Origin: a bacterium
Lineage (GTDB): Bacteria > Oederibacteriota > JAJYGY01 > DAIDJD01
Length of the DNA stretch: 64,000 nucleotides
Assembly (NCBI GenBank): GCA_035485275.1
Contig: DATHOE010000037.1
Span: 8,701 to 72,700, forward strand
Direction: 5' to 3'
The notes under the pieces: generated by a model
What the model saw: the letters and a program-made list of their open reading frames with translations, nothing else
Database searches by the model: none
What the model was told of the DNA's origin: nothing
Made by a program: the position numbers and the translations under genes
In this document: positions 8,851 to 15,998 of the stretch, piece by piece
How positions within the stretch are numbered: position 1 is the first letter of the stretch
Layout: every line of letters starts with the position of its first letter

Positions 8851-9809
8851 CGAGCGGGGTTCTGGCCGCGGCCGCGGCCTTGGACCTGGCCCTGGGGGAT
8901 CCGGAGGGCGCCTGGCACCCGGTGCGCCTCATGGGGGCCCTGATCATGCGGGCCGAAACCTGGGCCCGCGCCAGGCCGCAATACCTCAAACTGCGCGGAG
9001 TGGTCCTGGCGGCCGGGGTGCTGTCCACGACCTTTCTGGCCGGGGAGCTGGCCCTTTGGCTCGCCGCCGGCGCGGACAGGGCCTTAGGATCGAGCGGGGC
9101 GCTGGTCTTCGCGGTCCAGGCCTTGATGCTGTGGTCCTGCCTTGGCATCCGGAGCATGGTCCAGCACGCCCGGGCGGTCTTGGAGGCCCTGCGCCAGGGC
9201 GACATGGCCTGCGCCAGGGCCGCGGTGGCGCGCATCGTCGGTCGCGATGTTTCGGAGCTCGACGAGGCCGGAATCCGCCGCGCCTGCCTTGAGAGCGTGG
9301 CGGAAAGCCTGGGCGACGGGGTGATGGGGCCCCTGCTCTTCGCCCTCCTTGGGGGAGGCCCTTTGGCCCTGGTCTACCGGGCGGCCAACACCCTCGACAG
9401 CATGCTGGGGCACAAGGACGAACGATACCGTGAGTTGGGCTGGGCCTCGGCGCGGCTGGACGACCTGCTGAGCTGGCTTCCTGCCCGCCAGGCGGCCCTG
9501 GCCACCGTGTTGGGGGCGGCCTGCCTGAGGCTGGATTTCCGCGGCGCCTGGCTAGTGGCGCGCAGGGACGCCCCGGGACAGCCCTCGCCCAACAGCGGCT
9601 GGCCCGAGGGGGCCTTCGCGGGCGCCCTCGGGGTGCGCCTCGGCGGGCCCCTCAGCTACCGCGGCCGGGTTGTGGAGAAAGCCTTTCTGGGCCGGGCCAC
9701 GCGCATTCTGGACCAGGCGGTTTGTGAGGAAGGCCTGAAACTGTTCCTGGCGGCCTGCCTGGCGGCCTTGCTCGTCGACGAAGCCCTCCTCTGGTGCCTT
9801 TCGCGCTGA
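8847..9809 (+). CDS. cbiB: Adenosylcobinamide-phosphate synthase (CbiB/CobD family membrane protein)
   Basis: Typical N-terminus ALDLALGDPEGAWHPVRLMG and multiple TM helices. ATGA overlap with cobQ. Confidence 0.85.
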   Translation: MTSGVLAAAAALDLALGDPEGAWHPVRLMGALIMRAETWARARPQYLKLRGVVLAAGVLSTTFLAGELALWLAAGADRALGSSGALVFAVQALMLWSCLGIRSMVQHARAVLEALRQGDMACARAAVARIVGRDVSELDEAGIRRACLESVAESLGDGVMGPLLFALLGGGPLALVYRAANTLDSMLGHKDERYRELGWASARLDDLLSWLPARQAALATVLGAACLRLDFRGAWLVARRDAPGQPSPNSGWPEGAFAGALGVRLGGPLSYRGRVVEKAFLGRATRILDQAVCEEGLKLFLAACLAALLVDEALLWCLSR

Positions 9810-9855
9810 GGCCGCCGCAAGCGGCTGGAGCGCTTGAATCAAGAAAAGGAATGCG

Positions 9856-10422
9856 ATGAAACTGGAACGGGGTCTGATCCACGTCTATACCGGCGAAGGC
9901 AAGGGCAAGACCAGCGCCGCCCTTGGGCTGGCCATGCGGGCGGTGGGCCGCGGCCTGAACGTGCTGGTGCAGCAGTATTTCAAGCTGGAAAGCGAGCCCA
10001 GCGGGGAGCAGGCCTGGCACGAAGGCCTGCGCCCGAAGCCCGCGCTGGACGGCGGCGAGGCAGGGCACCTGATCTTCCGGCGCGGCGACTACCGCCATCC
10101 TTTCTTCGACAAGGAGGCGGACCGCGAGGCCATCCGGGGGAAGGTCCTGGAGCAGACCGCCCTGGTGGCGGCCGAGATGAAGGCGGGATACTGGGACGTG
10201 GTGATCCTGGACGAGGTGAACAACGCCCTGCGGGACAAATTCCTGCTTTTTGAGGAGTTGGAGGCCGTCCTGGAAGCGCGTCCGCCCCAGGTCGAGCTGG
10301 TTTGCACGGGCCGCGGCGCGCCCGCCGCACTCGTCGCCATCGCCGACTACGTCACCGAATTATCCGCGGTGAAGCACCCCGGAGCGCGCAAGATAGCCGC
10401 CCGCAAGGGCATCGAATTCTAA
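9856..10422 (+). CDS. cobO: Cob(I)yrinic acid a,c-diamide adenosyltransferase (CobA/CobO/BtuR family)
   Basis: HVYTGEGKGKTSAALG P-loop, characteristic of ATP:corrinoid adenosyltransferases. Confidence 0.85.
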   Translation: MKLERGLIHVYTGEGKGKTSAALGLAMRAVGRGLNVLVQQYFKLESEPSGEQAWHEGLRPKPALDGGEAGHLIFRRGDYRHPFFDKEADREAIRGKVLEQTALVAAEMKAGYWDVVILDEVNNALRDKFLLFEELEAVLEARPPQVELVCTGRGAPAALVAIADYVTELSAVKHPGARKIAARKGIEF

Positions 10423-10445
10423 TCACCATCGTATAGGAGCTAAGC

Positions 10446-11486
10446 ATGGCCTCGACCATTCCGGCCTTGAGCAGCACGGCCGCATCCGAAGTCCAGAGCC
10501 GCCTGGACCGCAAGACCAAGCCCACAGGCTCCCTGGGGCGCCTGGAGGAGCTCGCCGTCAGCCTGGCCGCCATGAGCGGCAAGGTCGACGGGGTCTTCGC
10601 CCGCAAGGTCGTGCTGGTGGCGGCGGGTGACCACGGGGTGGCCCGCCAAGGGGTGAGCCTGTATCCGCCGGAGGTGACTCCGCAGATGGTGCTCAATTTC
10701 CTGTCCGGCGGGGCGGCCATCAACGTGCTGGCCCGGCGGGCCGGAGCGCGCGTGGTGGTGGCCGACGCGGGCGTGAACAGCGAGGCCCTGCCGAAGCATC
10801 CGGGCCTGCTGAACTTCAGCGCGGGCAGGGGCACGGCAGATTTCAGCCAGGGGCCGGCCATGAGCAAAGCCTTGGCGCAGACCTGCGTCGACAATGGCCG
10901 CGCGGCCCTGCGCATTTTGGCCGCGGAAGGGCTGGATCTGCTTGCCTTGGGCGAGATGGGCATCGGCAACACCAGCGCCTCCTCGGCCCTGTGCGCCTGC
11001 CTGCTGGGCCTGGATGTCGAGGCCGTCACGGGCAGAGGCACGGGCCTGGACGCCGAAGCACGTCAACGCAAGGTGGAGGTCCTGCGCAAGGCCCTGAAGC
11101 TCAACGCGCCGGATCCCGCGGACCCGCTGGATTGCCTGGCCAAGGTGGGTGGCTTCGAGATCGGCCTTCTCGCGGGGGCCATGCTGGAGGCGGCCAGCCA
11201 CCGTATCCCCGTGGTGCTGGACGGTTTCATCACCGGCGCGGCGGCCCTGGTGGCCTGCCGCATGGATCCGGCTCTGAAGGGCTTTCTTCTGGCCTCGCAC
11301 CAGGGCCGGGAGCCGGGCCACCGCCTGGTGCTGGAGCACCTGGGTCTGCGCGCCTACCTCAACCTCGACCTGCGCCTGGGCGAGGGCAGCGGCGCGGCCC
11401 TGTTCCTGCCGCTGGTGGACGTGACCCACTCGCTTTTGGCGGAGATGGCCACTTTTGAGAGCGCGGGTGTGAGCGACAAGGCATGA
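10446..11486 (+). CDS. cobT: Nicotinate-nucleotide--dimethylbenzimidazole phosphoribosyltransferase
   Basis: 346 aa with CobT family features (..KPTGSLGRLEELA.., ..EMGIGNTSASSAL..). Confidence 0.85.
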   Translation: MASTIPALSSTAASEVQSRLDRKTKPTGSLGRLEELAVSLAAMSGKVDGVFARKVVLVAAGDHGVARQGVSLYPPEVTPQMVLNFLSGGAAINVLARRAGARVVVADAGVNSEALPKHPGLLNFSAGRGTADFSQGPAMSKALAQTCVDNGRAALRILAAEGLDLLALGEMGIGNTSASSALCACLLGLDVEAVTGRGTGLDAEARQRKVEVLRKALKLNAPDPADPLDCLAKVGGFEIGLLAGAMLEAASHRIPVVLDGFITGAAALVACRMDPALKGFLLASHQGREPGHRLVLEHLGLRAYLNLDLRLGEGSGAALFLPLVDVTHSLLAEMATFESAGVSDKA

Positions 11487-12277
11487 GGTCCCTGCTGCTG
11501 GCGCTCCAGTTCCTGACGCGCTATCCCGTGCGGCTTCCCGACGGATACGAGCCGGGCGCGCGCGAGTTGGGCCGCGCCACGCGCTGTTTCCCCCTGGTGG
11601 GCCTCTTTGTGGGCCTCGACCTGCTGCTCCTGCGCTTCCTGCTGCAGTGGATGGGGGTCCTGGCCCGCTGGCCCCTGGCGGCCGCAGTCCTTTTGCTGGG
11701 CTATTGGGTCTGGTCCTGCGACAGCCTGCACCTGGACGGCCTGTCCGACACCACCGACGGCCTGGCCTCCCACCGCCTGGGGCCCGACATGCTGGCGGTG
11801 ATGCACGACAGCCGCAGCGGGGCCTTCGGCGTGCAGGCCACGGTGCTGGTGCTGGCCCTGAAGGGGGCCTGGCTTGCCAGCCTTCCCCTGGGCTTGTGGT
11901 GGGCGCTGCCCCTGCCCCTGCTGTTCTCGCGCCTGTTGGCGGCCCTCTTGTGCCAGGCCCGGCCCTACGCGGGCAGGCAGGGAAGCCTGAGCGGCGGCTT
12001 CATTGAAGGCGCCCTGCCCGAGGACGGGCATGCGGCGGTGGCCTTCGCCTTCCTGGGCTTCGCAGCCTTGGCCGGGGCCGCAGTGCTTTCGGGCTTGGCC
12101 GATGCCCTGGATTGCTTCAAGGCCCTGGCCGTGTGCCTGGCGGCCATGGCCGCCGGCTGGAGCCTGGTGATGGTGCCGCGGCGGCGCTTGGGCGGGGTCA
12201 GCGGGGATCTCATCGGCTACGGCATACAGGCCTGCGAAGTGGCTGCGGCCTTCGGCCTGCTCTTCCTCAAGCTGTGA
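11483..12277 (+). CDS. cobS: Adenosylcobinamide-GDP ribazoletransferase (cobalamin synthase)
   Basis: Integral membrane protein MRSLLLALQFLTRYPV...; conserved CobS start. ATGA overlap with cobT. Confidence 0.85.
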   Translation: MRSLLLALQFLTRYPVRLPDGYEPGARELGRATRCFPLVGLFVGLDLLLLRFLLQWMGVLARWPLAAAVLLLGYWVWSCDSLHLDGLSDTTDGLASHRLGPDMLAVMHDSRSGAFGVQATVLVLALKGAWLASLPLGLWWALPLPLLFSRLLAALLCQARPYAGRQGSLSGGFIEGALPEDGHAAVAFAFLGFAALAGAAVLSGLADALDCFKALAVCLAAMAAGWSLVMVPRRRLGGVSGDLIGYGIQACEVAAAFGLLFLKL

Positions 12278-12287
12278 GGCGCCGATT

Positions 12288-13652
12288 TTGAAGCTGCCGC
12301 GCCTGCTCATCGCCGCGCCGGGTTCCAGTTCCGGCAAAACATGCGTCGCCCTCCTGGCGGCGGCCTGGGCGCGCAAGCAGGGACTGGATGTGCGCGCCTT
12401 CAAGGCGGGGCCGGATTTCATCGATCCCCAATACCTGTCCGCGGTCACGGCCCGACCGGTGCCAAGCCTGGATCCCTGGTTCCTGCCCCCACCGGCCTTG
12501 AAAAGGCACTTCATGCGCTGGGGGGCGGGCGCGGATCTGGCCTTGGTGGAGGGCGTGATGGGCCTCTACGACGGCAAACGGGACGAGCCCTTTGGCCGCT
12601 ATTCCAGCGCGGAAGTGGCGCGGACCCTGGATCTCCCGGTTCTGCTGGTCCTCAATGCGCGCAAGGCCGGCCCCACCTTGGCGACGCAGGCCCTGGGCCT
12701 GGTGCGCGCGGACCCGCGCCTCCGTTTCTGCGGCGTGGTCCTGAACCACGTTTCCAGCGCCAAGGGGGCGGTCCCCATCGCGTCGGCGATCAAGAAGCTC
12801 ACCGGCCTTCCGACCCTGGGCTGGCTGCCGACTTTGAGGGACTTGGACCTCCCGGAGCGGCACCTGGGTTTGACCGCGGCGAGCGAAATGGCCCAATGGC
12901 AGGCGCGCCTGGAGGCGGCGCTGCCCGAAGCCGCCAAGAATTTGGATTTCAAAGCCCTGCTGAGGGCCGCCCAAAGCGCCCGGCCCTGGTCCCAGGCCGC
13001 GGTAGCGGAACCGCGGACCCGCAAACCTAGCTTTCGTTTGGCCGTGGCGCGGGATGAGGCCTTCCATTTCTATTACCCCGAAAACCTGCGCCTGTGGGAG
13101 GACCTGGGCGCGGAATTGGCCTTTTTCAGCCCCCTGCATGACACCTGCCTGCCTGAGGGCGTCCAAGGCCTCCTGTTGGGCGGCGGCTTTCCGGAGAGCT
13201 TCGGCGCGGCCCTGGCCGCCAATGTGCGGCTCATGGCCGCGGTGCGAGAGGCTATCGCCGGCGGCCTGCCCTTCTGGGCGGAATGCGGCGGACTCATGTG
13301 GTTGTGCGAACACATGGTCGACGCCGAAGGGAAGAGCCATGCCCTGGTCGGGGCCCTTCCCGCCACCGTGAGCATGGGGGCAAGGCTGCAGAATTTCGGT
13401 TATACCCAGGCGCAGGCGAGGCCGGGCAAAGCCTGGCCCAAGGGCCTCTTCCTGCTCAAAGGGCACGAGTTCCACCACAGCAGCCTGGTCGCGCGCCTCC
13501 CACTCCAGAGCGCCTGGACCTTAAGTCAAAGCAAGAGGCCCGACCGCTCCGAGGGCTGGACCCGGAAGCGCGGCGTGGCGACCTATTTCCACGCCTACCT
13601 GCCTTCCGCCCCGGCTGCGGCGAAGGCTTTCGCGCGGCTTTGCAAGGATTGA
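12288..13652 (+). CDS. cbiA: Cobyrinic acid a,c-diamide synthase
   Basis: N-terminal AAPGSSSGKTCVALLAA ATPase motif plus C-terminal GATase domain. Last gene of the cob operon. Confidence 0.85.
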   Translation: MKLPRLLIAAPGSSSGKTCVALLAAAWARKQGLDVRAFKAGPDFIDPQYLSAVTARPVPSLDPWFLPPPALKRHFMRWGAGADLALVEGVMGLYDGKRDEPFGRYSSAEVARTLDLPVLLVLNARKAGPTLATQALGLVRADPRLRFCGVVLNHVSSAKGAVPIASAIKKLTGLPTLGWLPTLRDLDLPERHLGLTAASEMAQWQARLEAALPEAAKNLDFKALLRAAQSARPWSQAAVAEPRTRKPSFRLAVARDEAFHFYYPENLRLWEDLGAELAFFSPLHDTCLPEGVQGLLLGGGFPESFGAALAANVRLMAAVREAIAGGLPFWAECGGLMWLCEHMVDAEGKSHALVGALPATVSMGARLQNFGYTQAQARPGKAWPKGLFLLKGHEFHHSSLVARLPLQSAWTLSQSKRPDRSEGWTRKRGVATYFHAYLPSAPAAAKAFARLCKD

Positions 13653-13672
13653 CAGGTCCCATTTATTTATAG

Positions 13673-13694
13673 TTAAATGCTATTTAAATGCTAT
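13673..13694 (+). promoter_or_regulatory. Tandem 11-bp direct repeat (TTAAATGCTAT x2), probable antitoxin operator
   Basis: Perfect tandem repeat immediately upstream of the AGGAGG RBS of the antitoxin gene. Confidence 0.4.
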
Positions 13695-13704
13695 AGGAGG
13701 AATT

Positions 13705-13920
13705 ATGCCCGATATATTGATCAAAGATTTGCCGCCGCTTCTCCATCGCCGCCTTAAAGAGGAGGCGAAGTCGCATCATCGTTCGATGAACCAGGAGATT
13801 CGGCAGATTCTTGAAATTCATCTTGAACGTCCAGGAATTCCGGACATAAAGCCCTTTGTGCTCGGTGAGCCGCTAACCGATGACTATATAAAAAAAGCCC
13901 GCCGTGAAGGCCGAGCGTGA
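13705..13920 (+). CDS. Type II antitoxin, FitA/VapB-like (ribbon-helix-helix)
   Basis: 71 aa starting MPDILIKDLPPLLHRRLKEEAKSHHRSMNQEIRQIL. Sits upstream of a PIN toxin and overlaps it. Confidence 0.7.
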   Translation: MPDILIKDLPPLLHRRLKEEAKSHHRSMNQEIRQILEIHLERPGIPDIKPFVLGEPLTDDYIKKARREGRA

Positions 13921-14333
13921 TCATCGTCGACACGGATATCCTGGCCTATTACCTGATCCAAGGGGAACGGACGGACCAGGCGCAGCAACTGAAAAATATC
14001 GACCAAGATTGGCGAGCCCCTCAACTGTGGCGGGCGGAATTCGTCAGCGTGGTGAATAAGCAGCTCAAATCCAAGCGCATTACCTTGGCGCAGGCGCACG
14101 AGATTTTGGCCGCCGCTTCCAGCATATACAACGGAATCGACATGGTGGTCGATATGTCCGAGGTATTGGACGTCGCTTCAGCGACAGGGGCTAGCACCTA
14201 CGACGCCCATTTTTTGGCACTGGCCCATCGCAGCGGCAAGCCTTTGGTTACCGGTGAAAAGCGTCATCCCGGTGCTTCGCATCGTTGGGCGGTCAATATA
14301 GATGATTTTTTGGCCTCAAAGCGGATGGTTTGA
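13917..14333 (+). CDS. vapC: PIN-domain toxin (VapC/FitB-like)
   Basis: MIIVDTDIL...D...YDAHFLALA shows the PIN acidic residues. GTGA overlap with the antitoxin. Local GC is lower than in the flanks. Confidence 0.8.
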   Translation: MIIVDTDILAYYLIQGERTDQAQQLKNIDQDWRAPQLWRAEFVSVVNKQLKSKRITLAQAHEILAAASSIYNGIDMVVDMSEVLDVASATGASTYDAHFLALAHRSGKPLVTGEKRHPGASHRWAVNIDDFLASKRMV

Positions 14334-14392
14334 TCTGATAGGACGGCTCCTGCGTATAGAAGGCATGGGCGTCACCGACACGAGGAGGCTGT

Positions 14393-14794
14393 ATGGACAA
14401 GATGCAAAAGGCGGAAGCGGAGTGGAAGGCCGAGCTGCCTGAGAAGAGTTTTTGCGTGTTGCGCCGTCACGACACGGAGCGGCCCTTTACGGGCGAGTAT
14501 TGGGACAAGCATGACGACGGGGTCTATCTCTGCCGGGGCTGCGGTGCGGAACTCTTCGGTTCCAACACCAAATTCGACAGCGGGACAGGCTGGCCCAGCT
14601 ATTTCCAGCCCCTTGGCGAGGATTCCGTGGCCTTCACCCGTGACGTGACCCTGGGCATGGAGCGGGTTGAGGTGCACTGCGCCCGTTGCGATGGGCACCT
14701 TGGACACGTGTTCAACGACGGTCCGCCCCCGACCGGCCGGCGCTATTGCATCAACTCCGCGTCCCTGACTTTCAAGCCGACGGAGGGGAAGTGA
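14393..14794 (+). CDS. msrB: Peptide-methionine (R)-S-oxide reductase
   Basis: CxxC...CxxC zinc site (CRGCGAELF...CARCDGHLGHVFNDGP) and the RCINSASL motif. Confidence 0.9.
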   Translation: MDKMQKAEAEWKAELPEKSFCVLRRHDTERPFTGEYWDKHDDGVYLCRGCGAELFGSNTKFDSGTGWPSYFQPLGEDSVAFTRDVTLGMERVEVHCARCDGHLGHVFNDGPPPTGRRYCINSASLTFKPTEGK

Positions 14795-15297
14795 AGAAGA
14801 CGGAGACCGCCATTTTCGCCATGGGCTGCTTCTGGCAGCCCGACGAATTTTTCCGCACCGTGCCCGGCGTGCTGGCCACGGAGGTCGGCTATATCGGCGG
14901 GAGCGTCGAGGAGCCCAGTTATGAGCAGGTCTGCGGCCACAGGACGGGCCATGCCGAGGCTGTGAAGATCACCTTCGACCCATCGGTCGTGAGCTATGGA
15001 AAGCTCCTGGACCTTTTTTGGAACAACCACGATCCCACCACCCTGAACCGCCAAGGACCGGACATAGGGGACCAATACCGCAGCGCCGTGTTCTGCGCGG
15101 ACGAGGATCAGCGCCTGGAGGCCGTCGCCAGCCGCGGGCGGGTGGCCCGTGAAAAGCTTTGGGGGGATGATCCCCTGGTCACTGAGATCGTGGTTGCGCC
15201 CCAGTGGTGGCCGGCTGAACAGTACCACCAGAAATACCTGATGAAACGGGGCGTCACCCGTTGCCATCTGCCCACGCCGCCTAGGGGCCGGGCCTGA
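14791..15297 (+). CDS. msrA: Peptide-methionine (S)-S-oxide reductase
   Basis: Active-site GCFWQ (GCFWG-like) and the ..GYIGG..YEQVC.. motif. GTGA overlap with msrB. Confidence 0.9.
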   Translation: MKKTETAIFAMGCFWQPDEFFRTVPGVLATEVGYIGGSVEEPSYEQVCGHRTGHAEAVKITFDPSVVSYGKLLDLFWNNHDPTTLNRQGPDIGDQYRSAVFCADEDQRLEAVASRGRVAREKLWGDDPLVTEIVVAPQWWPAEQYHQKYLMKRGVTRCHLPTPPRGRA

Positions 15298-15503
15298 AGA
15301 TCTGAGTTCGTATAAAGGTCTATCAGCTTCGAATTTTAATTTTCTTGTCAATTTTTCGGCCATGAAGGACCTGTTACGGAACTGTATTTTTTTCGGTGCC
15401 GGCCCAACGGCGTAGATTCCTGGCTTGACGTGGGTCCGGGCGGGAAGAAAATAGGAAGCCTTCCTTTTATAGAATTTTTCAAACCATTTTCACGGAGGAC
15501 TCG

Positions 15504-15998
15504 ATGGGGCAAGCGGTCGTGCATTTTCAGATAGGCGTCGCGGATGACCTGGCCGCCGCGAAATTTTACACCGAACTCTTCGGCTGGATAGCCACCCCCG
15601 TTCCGGGCATGCCGTACCACAGCATTGAGACGGGCGCGGGGCAGGGCATACCCGGAGGCATCGCCAAAGCCGGAAACGAGAGCGAGGCGGTGGTGACCAT
15701 TTACGTGGAAGTGGACGATGTCGCGGAGTCCCTGGCCAAGGCCTCTGGGATGGGGGCCACGGTCACGATGGCGGCCGGTGAGGTGATGCCGGGCCTGGTC
15801 CTGGGCATGTTCAATGATCCCCAGGGCCGCAGCATCGGCTTGGTCCACGACACCCGTCCGCGTCCCGCGGCCGCAGCTGACGCCAAGAAAAAAACCGGCG
15901 CCTCCGCCAAGGCGGAGAAAAAGGTTAGGGCCGGAAAGGGCAAGGATAAGAAACCGAAGAAGGACAAAAAGGGAAAGAAGGGGAAGAAAAAGCGTTGA
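15504..15998 (+). CDS. VOC (glyoxalase/bleomycin-resistance fold) protein with lysine-rich C-terminal tail
   Basis: N-terminal ~120 aa has a glyoxalase-like betaalphabetabetabeta repeat (VVHFQIGV.. / GRSIGLVHD). The last ~45 aa are KKKTGASAKAEKKVRAGKGKDKKPKKDKKGKKGKKKR. Confidence 0.65.
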   Translation: MGQAVVHFQIGVADDLAAAKFYTELFGWIATPVPGMPYHSIETGAGQGIPGGIAKAGNESEAVVTIYVEVDDVAESLAKASGMGATVTMAAGEVMPGLVLGMFNDPQGRSIGLVHDTRPRPAAAADAKKKTGASAKAEKKVRAGKGKDKKPKKDKKGKKGKKKR

